The translations under genes were made by a program, and so were the position numbers. From the NCBI GenBank assembly GCA_964016885.1, contig OZ024740.1, positions 177,692,001 through 177,756,000 of the forward strand: a stretch of 64,000 bases of DNA, in the 5' to 3' direction. This DNA is from Eledone cirrhosa. Taxonomy: Eukaryota. The stretch's first letter is position 1, and every line of letters begins with the position of its first letter. Positions 42,632 through 56,549 of the stretch are shown here, piece after piece. The notes under the pieces were generated by a model. That model did not search any database, had not been told where the DNA came from, and saw nothing but the letters and a program-made list of their open reading frames with translations.

Positions 42632-43997
42632 TTAGGTAGTAAGATAGCTGTATACTTTATGGAAAGTTCTATGGGATTTATGCAAGCAGAGCGAAAATAA
42701 ATCCGTACGTCTATTTATTATAGAATTAAAATTAGAGATAATGGTAAATTTCTCCGCTAGGCAGAAATTACATGTTCTGGATAGAGAAGAATTAAGGTAA
42801 GGAGAGGCGTTGCAGTTAATATTTTTGTCCTTTAAGGACCATATGAGTTCTGAGAGTGCTGTGTTAGTTCTTTTAAGTGGGTATCTAAAAGAAGAATTGT
42901 GATTATAAAATCTTGCCTTAAAGGAAGTGGAAGTGGAACCAAAGTAGGTGAAAGAATTAGTACCAGTTATAACCTTACATTCATACACTAAATTTTTATC
43001 AAGACTTTGGTTACTAAGAGGACATTTAGTTCTAATAGGGCAATTGCAATTACGATTAGAGTAATTACCAGAGTTATTAGCAAGTGACGCAGTATTATTT
43101 ATAGAAGGAATTGATTTGGAGAAGTTACTTACGATAGGTACTAAAGTTTCCTGATTTAGATTGGTATTATGAACATTCGACAAAGTTGCGTTTGACGTCG
43201 TATTTAAATTTACGGAATCTAGCCTAGAGTTAACATTGACGTCAGGCTTACTGTTGTTATTATTATGACGCTCAGTGTTGGATGGATATGATTTATTATT
43301 TAATATTTTAGTATTATGTTTTGAGATAATGTTAGAGATGTTGGAAGTGGTGGAATAAGAGAATTTACTATAAATATGTGAAGGAGGGAAGCATTTATCT
43401 AAGGCCCTAAAAAATAGTTTACGAATATTACTAATAATATATAGAGAAAAAGGAGCGTTGTACCAAATCATATTTTTATATCTAGGTCTTTTCTTTATGC
43501 TATTGGAATGCTTATAACTAACTATATTACTATAAGTCCCTACATGATTGGTTTCTTTATTATATTTAATTTTGTCAGGATAACCGGCTCTGGAAAGCGC
43601 ATTGTTGTAATAATTGGCTTTAGCGTCAAAGATAAGTTTATTAGAAGATAGATTTGAGATTCTTTTTTTCAACATTACTGACTATAGCATTTTTAACGTT
43701 AAGAGGGTGGTTAGATTTAAAATTAACATAATTTAGATTCTCATTGTCTTTATGGTAAGGGTAATATAGGCCGGTGTCAAGATTAAGGGATATATCCAGG
43801 AAGTTAGGTAGTTTGACGTTGTTTACAAATTCAATTTTTAGGTTATGGTGCTTAAATAGATCAAGTATATTATTCTTAATAATATTAAGGTTAACTAAGT
43901 TACAGTTTAAGACAGTGAAAAGGGCATCGTCACGATAAATTCCACCGCGAAGTTGAGGAATTTTCCGATTTAAAGAATTCAAAATAAAGATTCCAAT
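42632..43997 (-). pseudogene. Penelope RT C-terminus + GIY-YIG endonuclease (frameshifted, 5'-truncated)
   Basis: GGIYRDD, NFLDISLNL, YVNFKSNHP, IWYNAPFS, CNCPIRTKCPL..LVYEC..YFGSTSTSFKARFYNH, CNFCLAEK. Confidence 0.92.
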
Positions 43998-44312
43998 CAA
44001 ATTTTTTAAATTATGCATTATCTTACAACGGTTTTTTTTTATTTTTCTCTGTGAGACAGTGTTTATCAGTATTAAAGGTTATCTCTCTCTCTCTCACTCA
44101 TTTTCTCCTCCTCTCTCATCCTTCCTTCTTATACTCCTCCTCCGTCATCCTTTCCTTATTATTATTTCTTTTTTCTATCTATATTTTTTCTTCCTCTTCC
44201 TTACCTTTTCTTTCCCCCTTCCTTTCCTTTTTTCCAATCTCATATATCCCTCTAATTTTATTTTTCATATGTTGATTTGACACTTCACTGCTCGCAAGTG
44301 TTTTTTAAGCTT

Positions 44313-44389
44313 CATGTTTTATCTGATGAGAACACAAATATCATCCCATGATGATATTTGTTTTTGAAATGCGCATAATAAAATACATG
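44313..44389 (+). ncRNA. Type I hammerhead ribozyme (inverted pLTR copy)
   Basis: CTGATGA 44323-44329, GAAA 44366-44369, self-complementary stem III ATGCGCAT. Confidence 0.8.
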
Positions 44390-44532
44390 GAACTCTTTTA
44401 ACCATCTTTTGATTTTATATTATATGTATATATATATATATATATACATATATATATTTATATATATAGATATATATAGATGTAGATATAGATATATATA
44501 GATATAGATATAGTGTATATATATATACATAC

Positions 44533-44609
<77 letters not shown>

Positions 44610-44633
44610 TATATATATATACATGTATATATA

Positions 44634-44724
<91 letters not shown>

Positions 44725-45562
44725 TATATATATATCGTTATACTTGGGGAGGGTCATATTTGTGTAATATTGCCAGAATTAATAACAGAACACACTCACT
44801 GTTTGGTTGGTTTTCGCTTCTCGCTTCTGTGTCTTTTATATCGGTAATCGCCGCATATGTATATATACCAAAAAATGACTACCAATCTTTGTTTCTTTCT
44901 TTCAGTATTTTTTTATTTTATTTCTTTTCATTTTTCTTTCTATATCTATTTCTATCAGCCTTTCTCGTTCTTTCATTAAATGCGAATAGATGAAAGATTC
45001 TTAGATGTGTATTAAGAATTGTGAGTTGAACAAATGGTGAATGTAAGGAACAAATAAGCTGACAGGAACATGTTGCTCGAGAAACTCTCACATATAAACC
45101 GTGTTCGTATTCTCTGTGTATTTGTTAAAAGTGACTACAAGTTAGCATTTTTATTGTAAACAAACAAAATTGAAAAACTTTGGTGTTTCTATTGGTTTGT
45201 TTATTTGTTTATATATATTAGTCTTGATGTAGTTCATTTTTGGGTTCTGTTTTTTAATCAATACAGAAATATAAAGAGCCAAACTGTCAAAAGCACAAAG
45301 ATACAGAGTTATACAAATATATATTTACACATTGGACAAGCAAAAAGATTTACTTGCACGATAAACACACAGGTTCAAACGCGTGAAAAAATCCCCGCCT
45401 CTTTTCTTTCTTTTTCTCCCGTTTCTCTCTCTCTCTTCGCGACACACAAACACACACGCGCGCATAAGCACATACTCTCTTTCTCTGTGTCTGTCTATTT
45501 CTCTCTCTTTCTCTCTCTCTCTCTTTCTCTCTCTCTCGCTCTATCTATCTATCTCTCTCTCT

Positions 45563-45650
<88 letters not shown>

Positions 45651-46062
45651 CACTTCGTTTTTGAGTTTGTTTTGCAAGATTTCTTATCTGAAAACGTGTA
45701 TAGAAACAAATGTTGTAATAATTTGGGAGGGTCATGCTGCCAACAAAAACACACGCACCTTTTGGTTTTCACTTTAATTTATTATAAATTTCCGGCTGAT
45801 TGTTTCAATAACTGGATGGTTTTGTTACACACAAAAACAAGATGGTATAGGACAGAACAAAGGAGAAGCTCAAAATAAGAAATCAGTCACCGAGGAGGTC
45901 ACAGAATGTGTGACGAAAGAGATTTGACAATATATAAACAACCAACTGGAAATTTGTAATAAGTTGAAGTGAAAACCAACAGCTGCATGTGGTTTTATTG
46001 GCAGCATGACCTTCCCAAAATATAACAATATATATATATATAGTGTCTAAATCAGAAACCAT

Positions 46063-46088
<26 letters not shown>

Positions 46089-46094
<6 letters not shown>

Positions 46095-46280
46095 TTTCTA
46101 CTTTAGGCACAAGGCCTGCAATTTGAAGAGGAGGGGCAAGTCCTTTAAATTGACTCCATTGCATTACTGGTGCTTTATTTCATCGACGCCGTAAGGATGG
46201 AAGGCAAAACTAGCCTCGGTGGGATTTGAACTCAGAATGTAAAGGGTTTTAACTCTATGCTGCAAAGTATATTATCCGAC
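46089..46280 (-). mobile_element. SINE family A (long variant)
   Basis: Reverse complement of the family consensus. Confidence 0.8.
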
Positions 46281-46495
46281 GCTCTACCGACAGTGCCAAT
46301 AATAATAATTTGTTACAGAACCTTTCCAAAATACTAAATACAACACACCGAAACAAGACTAAATCACACCTCACAAAATAGAATTGCCCAATTAAACAAA
46401 AATAAAATTAAAACCTACCCTCTATAGTGGTATTCATAGAACAAATTTCATGAAGCTAAAATTGCCCTATCGTCCACACATTATCATAGGTATAA

Positions 46496-46685
46496 GGCGG
46501 TGGATTGGCAGTATCGGTTGAGGGTCGGACGCCATGCTTTGACGCATAGAGTTATAGCCCTTTCCATTCTGAGTTCAAATCCCGTCGAGGTTAACTTTGC
46601 CTTTCATCCTTACGGGGTCGATAAAATAAAGTACCAGTAATGTACTGGGTAATTGCTGGCCTTGTGCCAAGGGTAGAAACAATTA
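46496..46685 (+). mobile_element. SINE family A, full length with 16-bp TSD
   Basis: attatcataggtataa at 46480-46495 and 46682-46697. Confidence 0.9.
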
Positions 46686-46974
46686 TCATAGGTATAATAG
46701 AATATATATAATTTTTCTTATACAACCACACCCAACAACGAAATACAAAAACCAAAACACAACACGAAAGATACAATTACCCAATTAAGTATGATTAAAA
46801 TTAAAGCCACAACAGAAAAGCCTTTCATAGTTTAAACTTTTCAACGGTAATTTTAGTACTCTCAGTATCAAAGGCATGAAAAAATATAATTTTTCCCTAC
46901 GCAACAACAATATACACTAAACCCAATCTAGCCAAAAAACAAACCACCAAAAAATGCAAATAATCAGCTAAGTA

Positions 46975-47243
46975 AAGGGTAAACACCACCTTGGGTCTCG
47001 AATGACTATGAGATTTTCACCTAAAAAGTTCCCCTCCGAGGCACAAGTCCGGGAAAGGTTGTTTGCGGAAGACCAGCAGTCACATATTCATACCAGTCTC
47101 CCCTCGCCACCGATGTTGTCCAAGGGAAAGGCTAAGGCTGATACACCCTGGCACCAGTGACGTCGTAACAAATTTCTACTGCTGAGTAAACTGGAGCAAC
47201 GTGAAATAAAGTGTCTTGCTCAAGGATACAACGTAAAGCCCGG
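46975..47243 (-). mobile_element. SINE family B
   Basis: Reverse complement of the 7990-8245 body, including ccttgagcaagacacttt. Confidence 0.78.
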
Positions 47244-47437
47244 TATGATTAAAATTAAAATAGCATCAGAAAATAAAATCACCCAATTAAAAATAATTAA
47301 AATTAAAATTCTCCCATTATATTGATAGATACTAAGAGGATGAACTTCATGTCTCAAGAGGCGTATATGGAAGCATATACAATTATTTTATGCATAAGAA
47401 ATATACATGCGTCTGTGTGTGTATATATATATATATA

Positions 47438-47721
47438 TATAAAGAAAAAAAGATGAAATCGAAAATGCAACTGGAGTCTTATTTCAAAAAAATATATATA
47501 TATTTATTTGGTTCCTTTACTGGTTTCGCAGTTCTTCTGCTTTTTAAAAGTAGAGTTGAGATGGAGGGTTGAGATGGAGGGTCTGTGCACAGACCCTCCA
47601 TCTCAACTCTACTTTTGAAAAGCAGAACTGCGAAACCAGTAAAGGAACCAAATAAATATATATATATTTTTTTGAAATAAGACTCCAGTTGTATTTTCGA
47701 TTTCATCTTTTTTTCTTTATA
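47438..47721. repeat. Loopless fold-back (centre gtctgtgcacagac) of a pLTR-like repeat
   Basis: Arms ~140 bp; homologous single copy at 57110-57290; degenerate hammerhead-like motif at 47612-47644. Confidence 0.85.
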
Positions 47722-47846
47722 CTTTCACTCGTGTAGGACACCTCGGTTATTTTTACTTTTGTAAAAAAAACCTCACTTTCTAACATATATATATATATAT
47801 ATACTTATACATATGCATACATACATACATACATACATACATACAT

Positions 47847-48454
47847 GGTGGCTGCCAACTCGTTTTCGAGTACGGCCACTACTTTATATCCATGTAGGAG
47901 AACCCCTACCGAAGCGCTGAACGAGTGTGACTTTTTAGTCCAGCCAGCGACTTGAAAACTCTGGTACAAACACTACACTTGTGACAATTATTGACACATA
48001 GTGTTGGGCCCATGGTACCACGTGAGGACAAGTGCAGAGAGATCTCCAGATATAAAGCAATGCCTGTGCCGTGAAGCTTTTATAGTGAGCAAAGGCACTG
48101 CACAAAGCCAGTCCCACTCTCTTAACCAAGATGATATTTACCAAAAAGAAGAACAAGTCAACATCATTGGATACCATCAGGGTTGTAGGTGTTATATCAG
48201 AGTTTTCCTTCTCCTAGAATTCTGCCTTGACAAAGGCTAAGTGGTCATCTCTGCCGGTGATTTTGGATGGCCATTGACTCTTAAGAGCTCCTTTGCCCTT
48301 TGACAGGTTTTGTTTTTAGTCCTGCAGGATGTCCAAAGTCACCCTCCTCACCAAGAAACCTTGGTGGGGTTGCCAGTTTAGTCGCCAACGACCCGACCAT
48401 GAGACAGGTTGTACTGGGATACATGTTACCAGTAGCACCAACTGGTGACCTGAC
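47847..48454 (-). mobile_element. ~600-bp non-autonomous retroelement, copy 4
   Basis: Same family; (TACA)n on both flanks. Confidence 0.85.
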
Positions 48455-48488
48455 ATAACATACATACATACATACATACATACATACA

Positions 48489-48522
<34 letters not shown>

Positions 48523-49654
48523 CATACATACATACATACATACATATGTGTGTGTGTGTGTGTAAAAGATTAAGGCTTTTGTTATATCCTACACGGGTAA
48601 AAATACAGGAAGGAAGTTGAAAATGCAATCGGAATTTCTAAGAAGATTTATTTATAACTTTAATTTCGTTGGCCAAGATTGAGAGCTTGAAAGATATTTC
48701 ATCTCGTTCCTTTAGATTATTTTGGGTCAATGTGCTATGGTTTTGGTTAGACGTTGGTGCCATATTCGCTAGTTTAATTTTATATCCTACACGTGTATAT
48801 GAAAAAGAAGATGAAAATGCCATTGGATTGCAAAGGTCGTAGTAACAGTAGGCACATGCAAAAATATATATTGCATTCCTGTTGACTTGTTTCGGCACGT
48901 TTTAATGAGACTTCATACAACGGTACAGTGTAAACTGAATGCACTAGAGCTTGCAGATGCCTGGTAGTAATGTTCTGTCTATCGTTGAAAATCTATCCTC
49001 GGTCATCTTCTAGATTTGAACTCCCTCACATCTATCACTGAATGATACATTATACAACTTCCTCGTGCTCTTCACAGATTTCTCCGCTATCGTCTACATG
49101 ATATATCCTGCAACCACATACTTCACTTCCATTTCGTAGACAAGGTTCATATTACACGTTTTCTTTGCTTCGAAATGCATCTTTGACCAGAATTCTTACC
49201 ATTCGCTTCGGGTCATTTGTCAACAATGCTCCACCCATTAAAACTTTCATAGCCGTGAAAGGTTGTGCCTCGCTAGATAATTTCCATCCATGCATATGAT
49301 AGTGATGACGAGGATGATGATGATGATGCCGAAGATGATGATGCTGATAATGATGGTGATAATGTGGGCGGTGGTGATAATGTCAAGAGAGACGGGGACA
49401 GGGATTTGGTTGGGGCAATATGAGAAAGAATAAACATTACATTCTTCAGGTAATATTAGAAAGCTTTGCAAACAAAGACATTGGAGACGATTAATTCCAC
49501 TTTTACCCCCCTATTGGGGAATTTTTTATTGTTCTTTTTATTACATCCTCTGTTTTTTTGTTTTTTTACACGCAGAAATACCCATTTGTACCGTCCTGTA
49601 TTGTCTTGTACTGTCCTTAATGTCTACTTTGTGTAAAACCTTGTAGTTAAAAAA

Positions 49655-52073
49655 GGGGTAAATCGCCAGGTTTGGATGGTCATCCCCACGAGCTTTATGC
49701 ATTTATGCCAGACTTGTTCGGTGACCTCTTGGCAGACGTCTACTGCAACTGGTAGCAGAACGGGAGCATTCCCAGTTTTGTGAGTCAGGGAGCGGTGGCG
49801 CTGCTGAGAAAAGACCCGAACAAGGGGGATGTTATCGATAACTTCAGGCCCATAACCCTGCTAAACGCAGAGTTCAAGATTTTGGCCAAGGTGTTAGCAA
49901 CGAGGTTGGCGCTTGTCGTCAAGGGTCTGGTGGTAGAGGCGCAGATATGCGCCATTCAAGACAGATCCATACACAACAACCTCCACCTCATGCGATACAT
50001 CATAGAGAGGGTGGTTAAGGAACCTGGCACGGGTGGGGCCCTGATCAACTTGGATAAATCCAAAGCATTCGATAGGGTCGACCATCGGTACCTCGCGGCG
50101 GTCCTCGAGGCAGCCGGTTTCGGGCCCGTTTTCATGGGTTGGATCGTTGCAATGTACAGCGACATCTGCTCAGTTGTGAGGGTGAACGGTCACCTGTCGC
50201 AGCCGTTCAGCATCATGCGCTCGGTCCGCCAAGGTTGTCTTCTCCCGTCCCTCTTGTACGTATTGGCTCTCGAGCCATTACTGCACAAACTAGGGGCGAT
50301 GAGGGGCGTCCCACTCGAACTAGGATGCGGGAAATCCGAATCGGCTTACGCCGACGACGTCACCGTGGTGGTGTCGAGCACCAGACACGTCCAGATGCTC
50401 GGCACCGCTCTCAAGGAATACGAAGCGGTGACAGGAGCAAAGATAAACCAGGAAAAGTCGGTGGGCTTGCAGCTCGGCACCTGGAGAGGCAAGTCCATGC
50501 CATCCGACAGCGTCGTGGGGCGTTGGACGGACGGACCGGTTAAATTGCCCGGGGTCTGGTTCGGATCGGACCTCCAGATGGAGAAAAACTGGAGCGAGGT
50601 GACGAGCAAGGTGGCCTCCCTCACCCAGAAATGGGCCGAGAGCAAGCTGTCCCTGAAAAGCCGGGCGGAGGTGGAGAATGCGTACATGGCATCCGTCATC
50701 TGCTACCGCCTCACCGTCGTCTCTTTCCCCGGCCCAACTCTCACCAAAATGGAGCGCCTTCTCTTCCGCATTTTGTGGAAGGGACGCGCTGCCTTGGTCA
50801 GACGATCCATCTGCTGTCAACACCCTTTGCGCTGAGGACTGGGCATGCCATGTCTGATGATGCGCAAACATGTGCTGAGGCTGCGACACCTCTGGTGCTT
50901 CCTTGACGGTGAACATGTGTGGTCGCCGTTCGCCAGACACGTTTTCCCACAGCTCGTCTCCTTGATGGAGATGCAGTCCTAGGTCAGGAAAAGACCGAGG
51001 GATAGCGCTTGGAAACTGAAATGTCTCCAGGCCCTCACTGCTCTCTGTCAGCTGGGTACTAGTATCGGTGGAACATCCACCTCGGCGTTCTATAGAGGAC
51101 TAGTGGAGAGGAAGAACGACGACGTTCTCGGAGAGATCCTGGGCGTCGAAAAAGATCAGCTGTTTGCTCTCTTTCGGAGAACTTTCAGCCCAAGGCCTAT
51201 GGATAACCTCCAAAATCCCTGGCCTTGCAGTGCTACCAGGGAGCGCTGCCGGTTCGAGATAAGCTCTACAGGCGCGGAAGTGCCGTCAGCCGAGCCTGTC
51301 CGAGATACGCGCAGAGCGACGAAACCGTCGTGCACGCACTCATTCAGTATCCGAGCATTGCTGACTTGTGGAGCTATGTTGAACAGTTGCTGTCGCGTGT
51401 AGGACTGATCCGGCTATTGACTGAGTCCATTATGCAGATGGTCTCGCCTTCTTCCTTCGAGGAGGAAGGGCAGGCGGTTTTCATCTGCCTGGTGGCCATG
51501 GCGAAAGAGATTATGTGGTGGACAAGGTTGAAAGGGTTAAAGACAGATACTTTCCTCTTCGGCGAATCCTTAATTAACTTTTTCAAGTTTCACTTGAAGA
51601 GGAAAATCAGGGTGGAGAGGCAAGTGCTGCCTTCTAGCAAGTTTGTTGAAAGGTGGGTGAATGTAGCGAGAATGGTCCGAGTGAACGGGACCGCTCTGAA
51701 TATACGTCTGTAGTTTGAGAAATGGAAAAATTGAGAGAGGGCGCTTGCCCTGATGGTCAGGGTGGCCGTGGTCTTTTGTGTGGTTTTCGCCACGAGTAAC
51801 CTTCGGAGGTTTCCCCTCTATTGGGGAATTGTTCATTGTTTACATTTTCATTTTTATTGTTTATATATATATATGTTTCTATGTCTTTTTCATTTTATTT
51901 TCTTATATAAATAATAAAAATCTTTACACGAACAAAACCCAGATCGTACCGTCCTGTGCCGTCTGTAATGTTTTTCTTGATGTCTGCCCTTGTGGCCAAT
52001 AAAGAAATCATTATTATTATTATTGTTATTATTATTATTATTATTATTACTATTATTATTATTATTATTATTA
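49655..52073 (+). mobile_element. Tx1/L1-like LINE, 5'-truncated, disrupted ORF2, (ATT)n tail
   Basis: KSPGLDG, NFRPITLLN, LDKSKAFDRVDH, VRQGC, YADD, C-terminal CPR...ETVVHA; aataaa at 51998. Confidence 0.92.
49657..51713 (+). pseudogene. LINE ORF2 reverse transcriptase + C-terminal zinc-finger region
   Basis: ORFs 49780..50835 and 51225..51713 separated by stops and frameshifts. Confidence 0.9.
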
Positions 52074-52088
52074 ATATATATATATATA

Positions 52089-52149
<61 letters not shown>

Positions 52150-52317
52150 CCTTCTGGCTTAATATTTCACGTGTCATATAACATGTTCTCTTTCGACGAC
52201 AGTAGACACCACTATGCGTGTTGTTGACATTTGTTGTTGTTCTTCTTGTTGACGTCGTTCTTTGTTTTACTTTCTCTCCAGCCGCACCCACAAATACACA
52301 CTCAATATATATATATT

Positions 52318-52348
<31 letters not shown>

Positions 52349-52475
52349 AAATATATACATATATATTTACACATATATGTATACATATATATATATATAT
52401 GCTTAAATGCATAATGAGGGTGGTGTGTCAATATATATATAGTTAGACTCATCGATATGTACATATGTAATAGGA

Positions 52476-52513
<38 letters not shown>

Positions 52514-52514
<1 letters not shown>

Positions 52515-52612
52515 AGGGAGACCCCAAAAAATGTATACACATTTTGATTACCTGTACAGGTAATATCTATTAGAATGCTGTTGAAGTGTGTATACATTTT
52601 TTGGACATCCTG
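52514..52612. mobile_element. Tc1/mariner-type MITE
   Basis: cagggagaccccaaaaaatgtatacac versus gtgtatacattttttggacatcctg-TA. Confidence 0.6.
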
Positions 52613-52735
52613 TATATTGCTATAAACGTAAATGTATATATGTACACACTCACACACATACGCACACACACATATATATACAAGTACATATACATTCATA
52701 GATACATACACACATGCATACATACATACATACAT

Positions 52736-53343
52736 GGTGGCTGCCAACTCGTTTTCGAGTACGGCCACTACTTTATATCCATCTAGGAGAACCCCTACCG
52801 ATGCGCTGAACGAATATGACTTTTTAGTCCAGCCAGCGACTTGAAAACTCTGGTACAAACACTACACCTGTGACAATCATTGACACATAGTGCTGGGCCC
52901 ATGGTACCATGTAACGACAAGTGCAGAAAGATCTCCAGATATAAAGCAATGCCTGTGCCGTGAAGCTTTTATAGTGAGCAAAGGCACTGCACAAAGCCAG
53001 TCCCACTCCCTTAACCAAGATGATATTTACCAAAAAGAAGAACAAGTCAACATCATTGGATACCATCAGGGTTGCAGGTGTTATATCAGAGTTTTCCTTC
53101 TCCTAGAATTCTGCCTTGACAAAGGCTAAGGGGTCATCTCTCCCGGTGATTTTGGATGGCCATTGACTCTTAAGAGCTCCTTTGCCCTTTGACAGGTTTT
53201 GTTTTTAGTCCTGCAGGATGTCCAAAGTCACCCTCCTCACCAAGAAACCTTGGTGGGGTTGCCAGTTTAGTCGCCAACGACCCGACCATGAGACAGGTTG
53301 TACTGGGATACATGTTACCAGTAGCACCAACTGGTGACCTGAC
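52736..53343 (-). mobile_element. ~600-bp non-autonomous retroelement, copy 5
   Basis: Same family; (TACA)n on both flanks. Confidence 0.85.
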
Positions 53344-53407
53344 ACATACATACATACATACATACATACATACATACACACATACATACATACATACATA
53401 CATACAT

Positions 53408-53483
53408 GGTGGCTGCCAACTCGTTTTCGAGTACGGCCACTACTTTATATCCATGTAGGAGAACCCCTATCGATGCGCTGAAC
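53408..53483 (-). mobile_element. 76-bp terminal fragment of the ~600-bp element in tandem
   Basis: Retains only the ggtggctgcc end. Confidence 0.85.
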
Positions 53484-54026
53484 ATCCATCCATCCATACA
53501 TACATACACACATAGATACATACATACATACATACATACATACATACATACATACATACATACATACATACATACATACATACATACATACATACATACA
53601 TAATACATACATACAATCTCACAAACGACTAAGGTGAATAACTGACATTCTTAACACAATGCCATCTCACCATTATTTTTCCGATTAGCTACAGACGGCC
53701 TCTTGCTTTGTACCTTTTCACCTGTTGATAATCTACTTTTGAAGCTGACACAAATTGTATATAAAGAATGAATAATCCCCACGCTTACTAGAACATTCGC
53801 CCTTCCACACCACCGCTCACCTGCCAAACCAGAACACACCTCTAGACACAGGCAACAACAAAAATACACTAACTTTCCTTCACTGATATACTGATGGGGA
53901 TACATATATACATACGTATATACATATATACGCACTTATACACAAGCATACATTCATACATACAAACATAAAAACATACATACATACATGCATGCGTTCG
54001 TGCGTACATACATTCATAAATATATA

Positions 54027-54135
<109 letters not shown>

Positions 54136-55305
54136 CTGTCAGTAGGTTGTACCGCTAAGTTACATGCGTCTACATTTGATCGAAAAAGGAACAAAAATAT
54201 GTTATGCCATGCCATGTCATACCATGGGCCCTTCAACATGGCTGAGCCTATCTCTCTCCAGGTCTGATCATAGCCGATGTCTTCCTGTGAATGAAAGTGA
54301 GAGAAAGGAATTTATAAAGTGATATAGAGGACGAATTAAACTTAGTATTAGCCTGGTCATTTATTTATCGACCACAAAAGGATGAAAGGAAACGTTGTCC
54401 TCTCCGATATTCTAAAGATTCTGACAATACGCCGCTTTAAAATATATAATACTTAACTATAGCTGGGTTTGAACGTTCATCGATGTTTTAAACTGAGCAC
54501 TGAACACTAAATAATCAAATGGTATTGATTGTTTGATTAGTAAGCATATTCGGAGGAGGGAGAGATGTCTATATTACTTGCCGCAGTGAAACAACAACAT
54601 AAAATAGCTATGATGACTTTGTGACATTTAATTAAATATATTATTAAAATCAATAATTTTATATAGATTAGAGTTTATCAGTAGATACACTCTAATCTAT
54701 ATAAACATCAATGGCAGAGCTATCGGCTAAGTTCATTCTCAATCTGAGAAGTGACAAGAAAATAGAACACGGAACTAATTGTGCTCATAAGCACGACCTT
54801 CTTGGTGCATTCGAAGAATTTCATGGCTGCACAACCGCAAAAAATTGTATATGTATGAATATATGAGTGTGTGTCTGTATGTGTGTGGATATGTAGTGTA
54901 TGTATGTGTGTGTACGGGTGTTTGCAGTATGTGTGAGTGAATTAATATATCCGTCACTTACAAACATCGAACTTGCATTGCTTAACGAAAATACGCGACG
55001 CTGTTTCACCTCAACTGGCCCTATTCTCTATAACATCATACCAAACATATCAGGACAAAACAAAATACCATAAAATTCAAAAGGTCTCTTTACAAATTCC
55101 GCCAAGAAGTTCCAGATAAACCCCGTACAGCTTGACATGTCTCCGACAATAATAATTCTTTGCTGGAGTGAGCCATGATGTCCAAAGTTTGACTGAGGCG
55201 AGAAGCATGATTTGAAAAACATCGATAGGATTGGGGGAGGTCATTTAAGTTTTACATAGCCTAGGCAATACCGGCCGAAGACTATCAATGATATGTGTAT
55301 ATATA

Positions 55306-55948
55306 CGAAGTGTGTCAGAAAAGTTCCAGGACTGAAGTCACAAAGATTTATTTCAAACCCAAACTTCACACTAAGAATTTTCTCCTTCAAAGTAACGCCT
55401 CTGGAGTATGTAACTGTAATCTTAGCTCTCTGCAGCGATCAAACTTTTTTCTTCATAATTTTATATACATGTCCTCTGTTTCAGGTCGTCAAGCAATGAG
55501 CACAGAGCAACGAACAAACTTGAAGTTTCTTGTACGGTTGGAGAAAACTCCGTCAGAAGCACTGGGATTTTTGCAGCAAGTGTATGGAGATGAGACGATG
55601 TCACGCTCAGGTGTTTTTGAGTGGTGCAAGATGACCCCAAAAGCGGAAGGCCCTCAACAACCAGGACTAGGGTCAACGTTGAGTGCGTCAGGCAGATGGT
55701 GCGTAGAGATCGTCGGCTGACTGTTCGACTGATGGCAAATGAGCTGGGTATGAATCGGGACAGCGTCTGGAAGATTCTCACTGAAGATTTGGACATGCGG
55801 AAAGTCTGCGCGAAGATGGTGCCAAAATTGCTGAACGATGACCAGAAGGGTCGACGCATGCAAGTGTGCCAGGACATCCTCGAGCGTCTTGAAACCGAAC
55901 CAGACTTGCTAGGGACAGTCATCACCGGTGATGAGTCATGGATCTTCG
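55306..55948 (+). mobile_element. Mariner transposon, 3'-truncated, frameshifted transposase (from ATG 55496)
   Basis: TA-cgaagtgtgtcagaaaagttcc TIR-like start; MSTEQRTNLKFLVRL..VFEWCK / DDPKSGRPST..CAKMVPKLL..ITGDESWIF (first catalytic Asp). Confidence 0.9.
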
Positions 55949-56330
55949 GAAAGAGATGTGTATTGACGTATTGAGTATTATAATGTTCGGTTTGTTTGTA
56001 AACAAACAGCCCGAATTACGCCGTACAGTGCTTTACAAACAAAGCGAACATTATAATAAATGTTCGGTAAACACATGCGTACATATATATATGTGTGCAG
56101 GTATGTATATATATACATACTACTGTACGTCTGTATACATATATGTATGTACGTATACATACTTATATTTAGGTATCAGCCGTACTAAGAGTGAGAAATG
56201 AAATTTCGTTTCAATCTTTTCCATTTATCGTTTTCGCTACGTCCGGCCGATTAACTCACTCGATACGCAAATTAGGCTGCTCAGCCGTTAATATGCATCA
56301 GGAAAGTATATACTTTAAAACGTTCAATCA

Positions 56331-56400
56331 TCTGACAGAAAGGCATACGATGCTGATGATAGCTAATAAGCTTGAAACTAGTACATCGTTCCTGTGTCAG
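56331..56400 (+). ncRNA. Type I hammerhead ribozyme, canonical core
   Basis: acgatg-CTGATGA-tagct-aata-agctt-GAAAC-ta-GTA-catcgt; stem I extended by agg/cct and ctgaca/tgtcag; predicted cleavage after A56383. Confidence 0.88.
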
Positions 56401-56549
56401 TGTTGAACAAAAGGGCGACGATGGTTGCCGAGCACTGTACGGCGTAATTCGGGCTGTTTGTTTACAAACAAACCGAACATTATAATAAATGTTCGGTAAA
56501 CATATGCGTACATATATATATATATGTGTGCATGTATGTATGTATATAT

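Larger units (their letters stand above)
41500..44420 (-). mobile_element. Penelope-like element (second family): inverted pLTR 44000-44420, truncated ORF, 3' pLTR 41500-42021
   Basis: 41587-42021 is the reverse complement of 44000-44420; (TA)n on both sides. Confidence 0.88.

Noticed and set aside
48960-49250. Possible highly decayed minus-strand mariner fragment
   Set aside because: Only faint motif resemblance; no continuous reading frame or TIR identified
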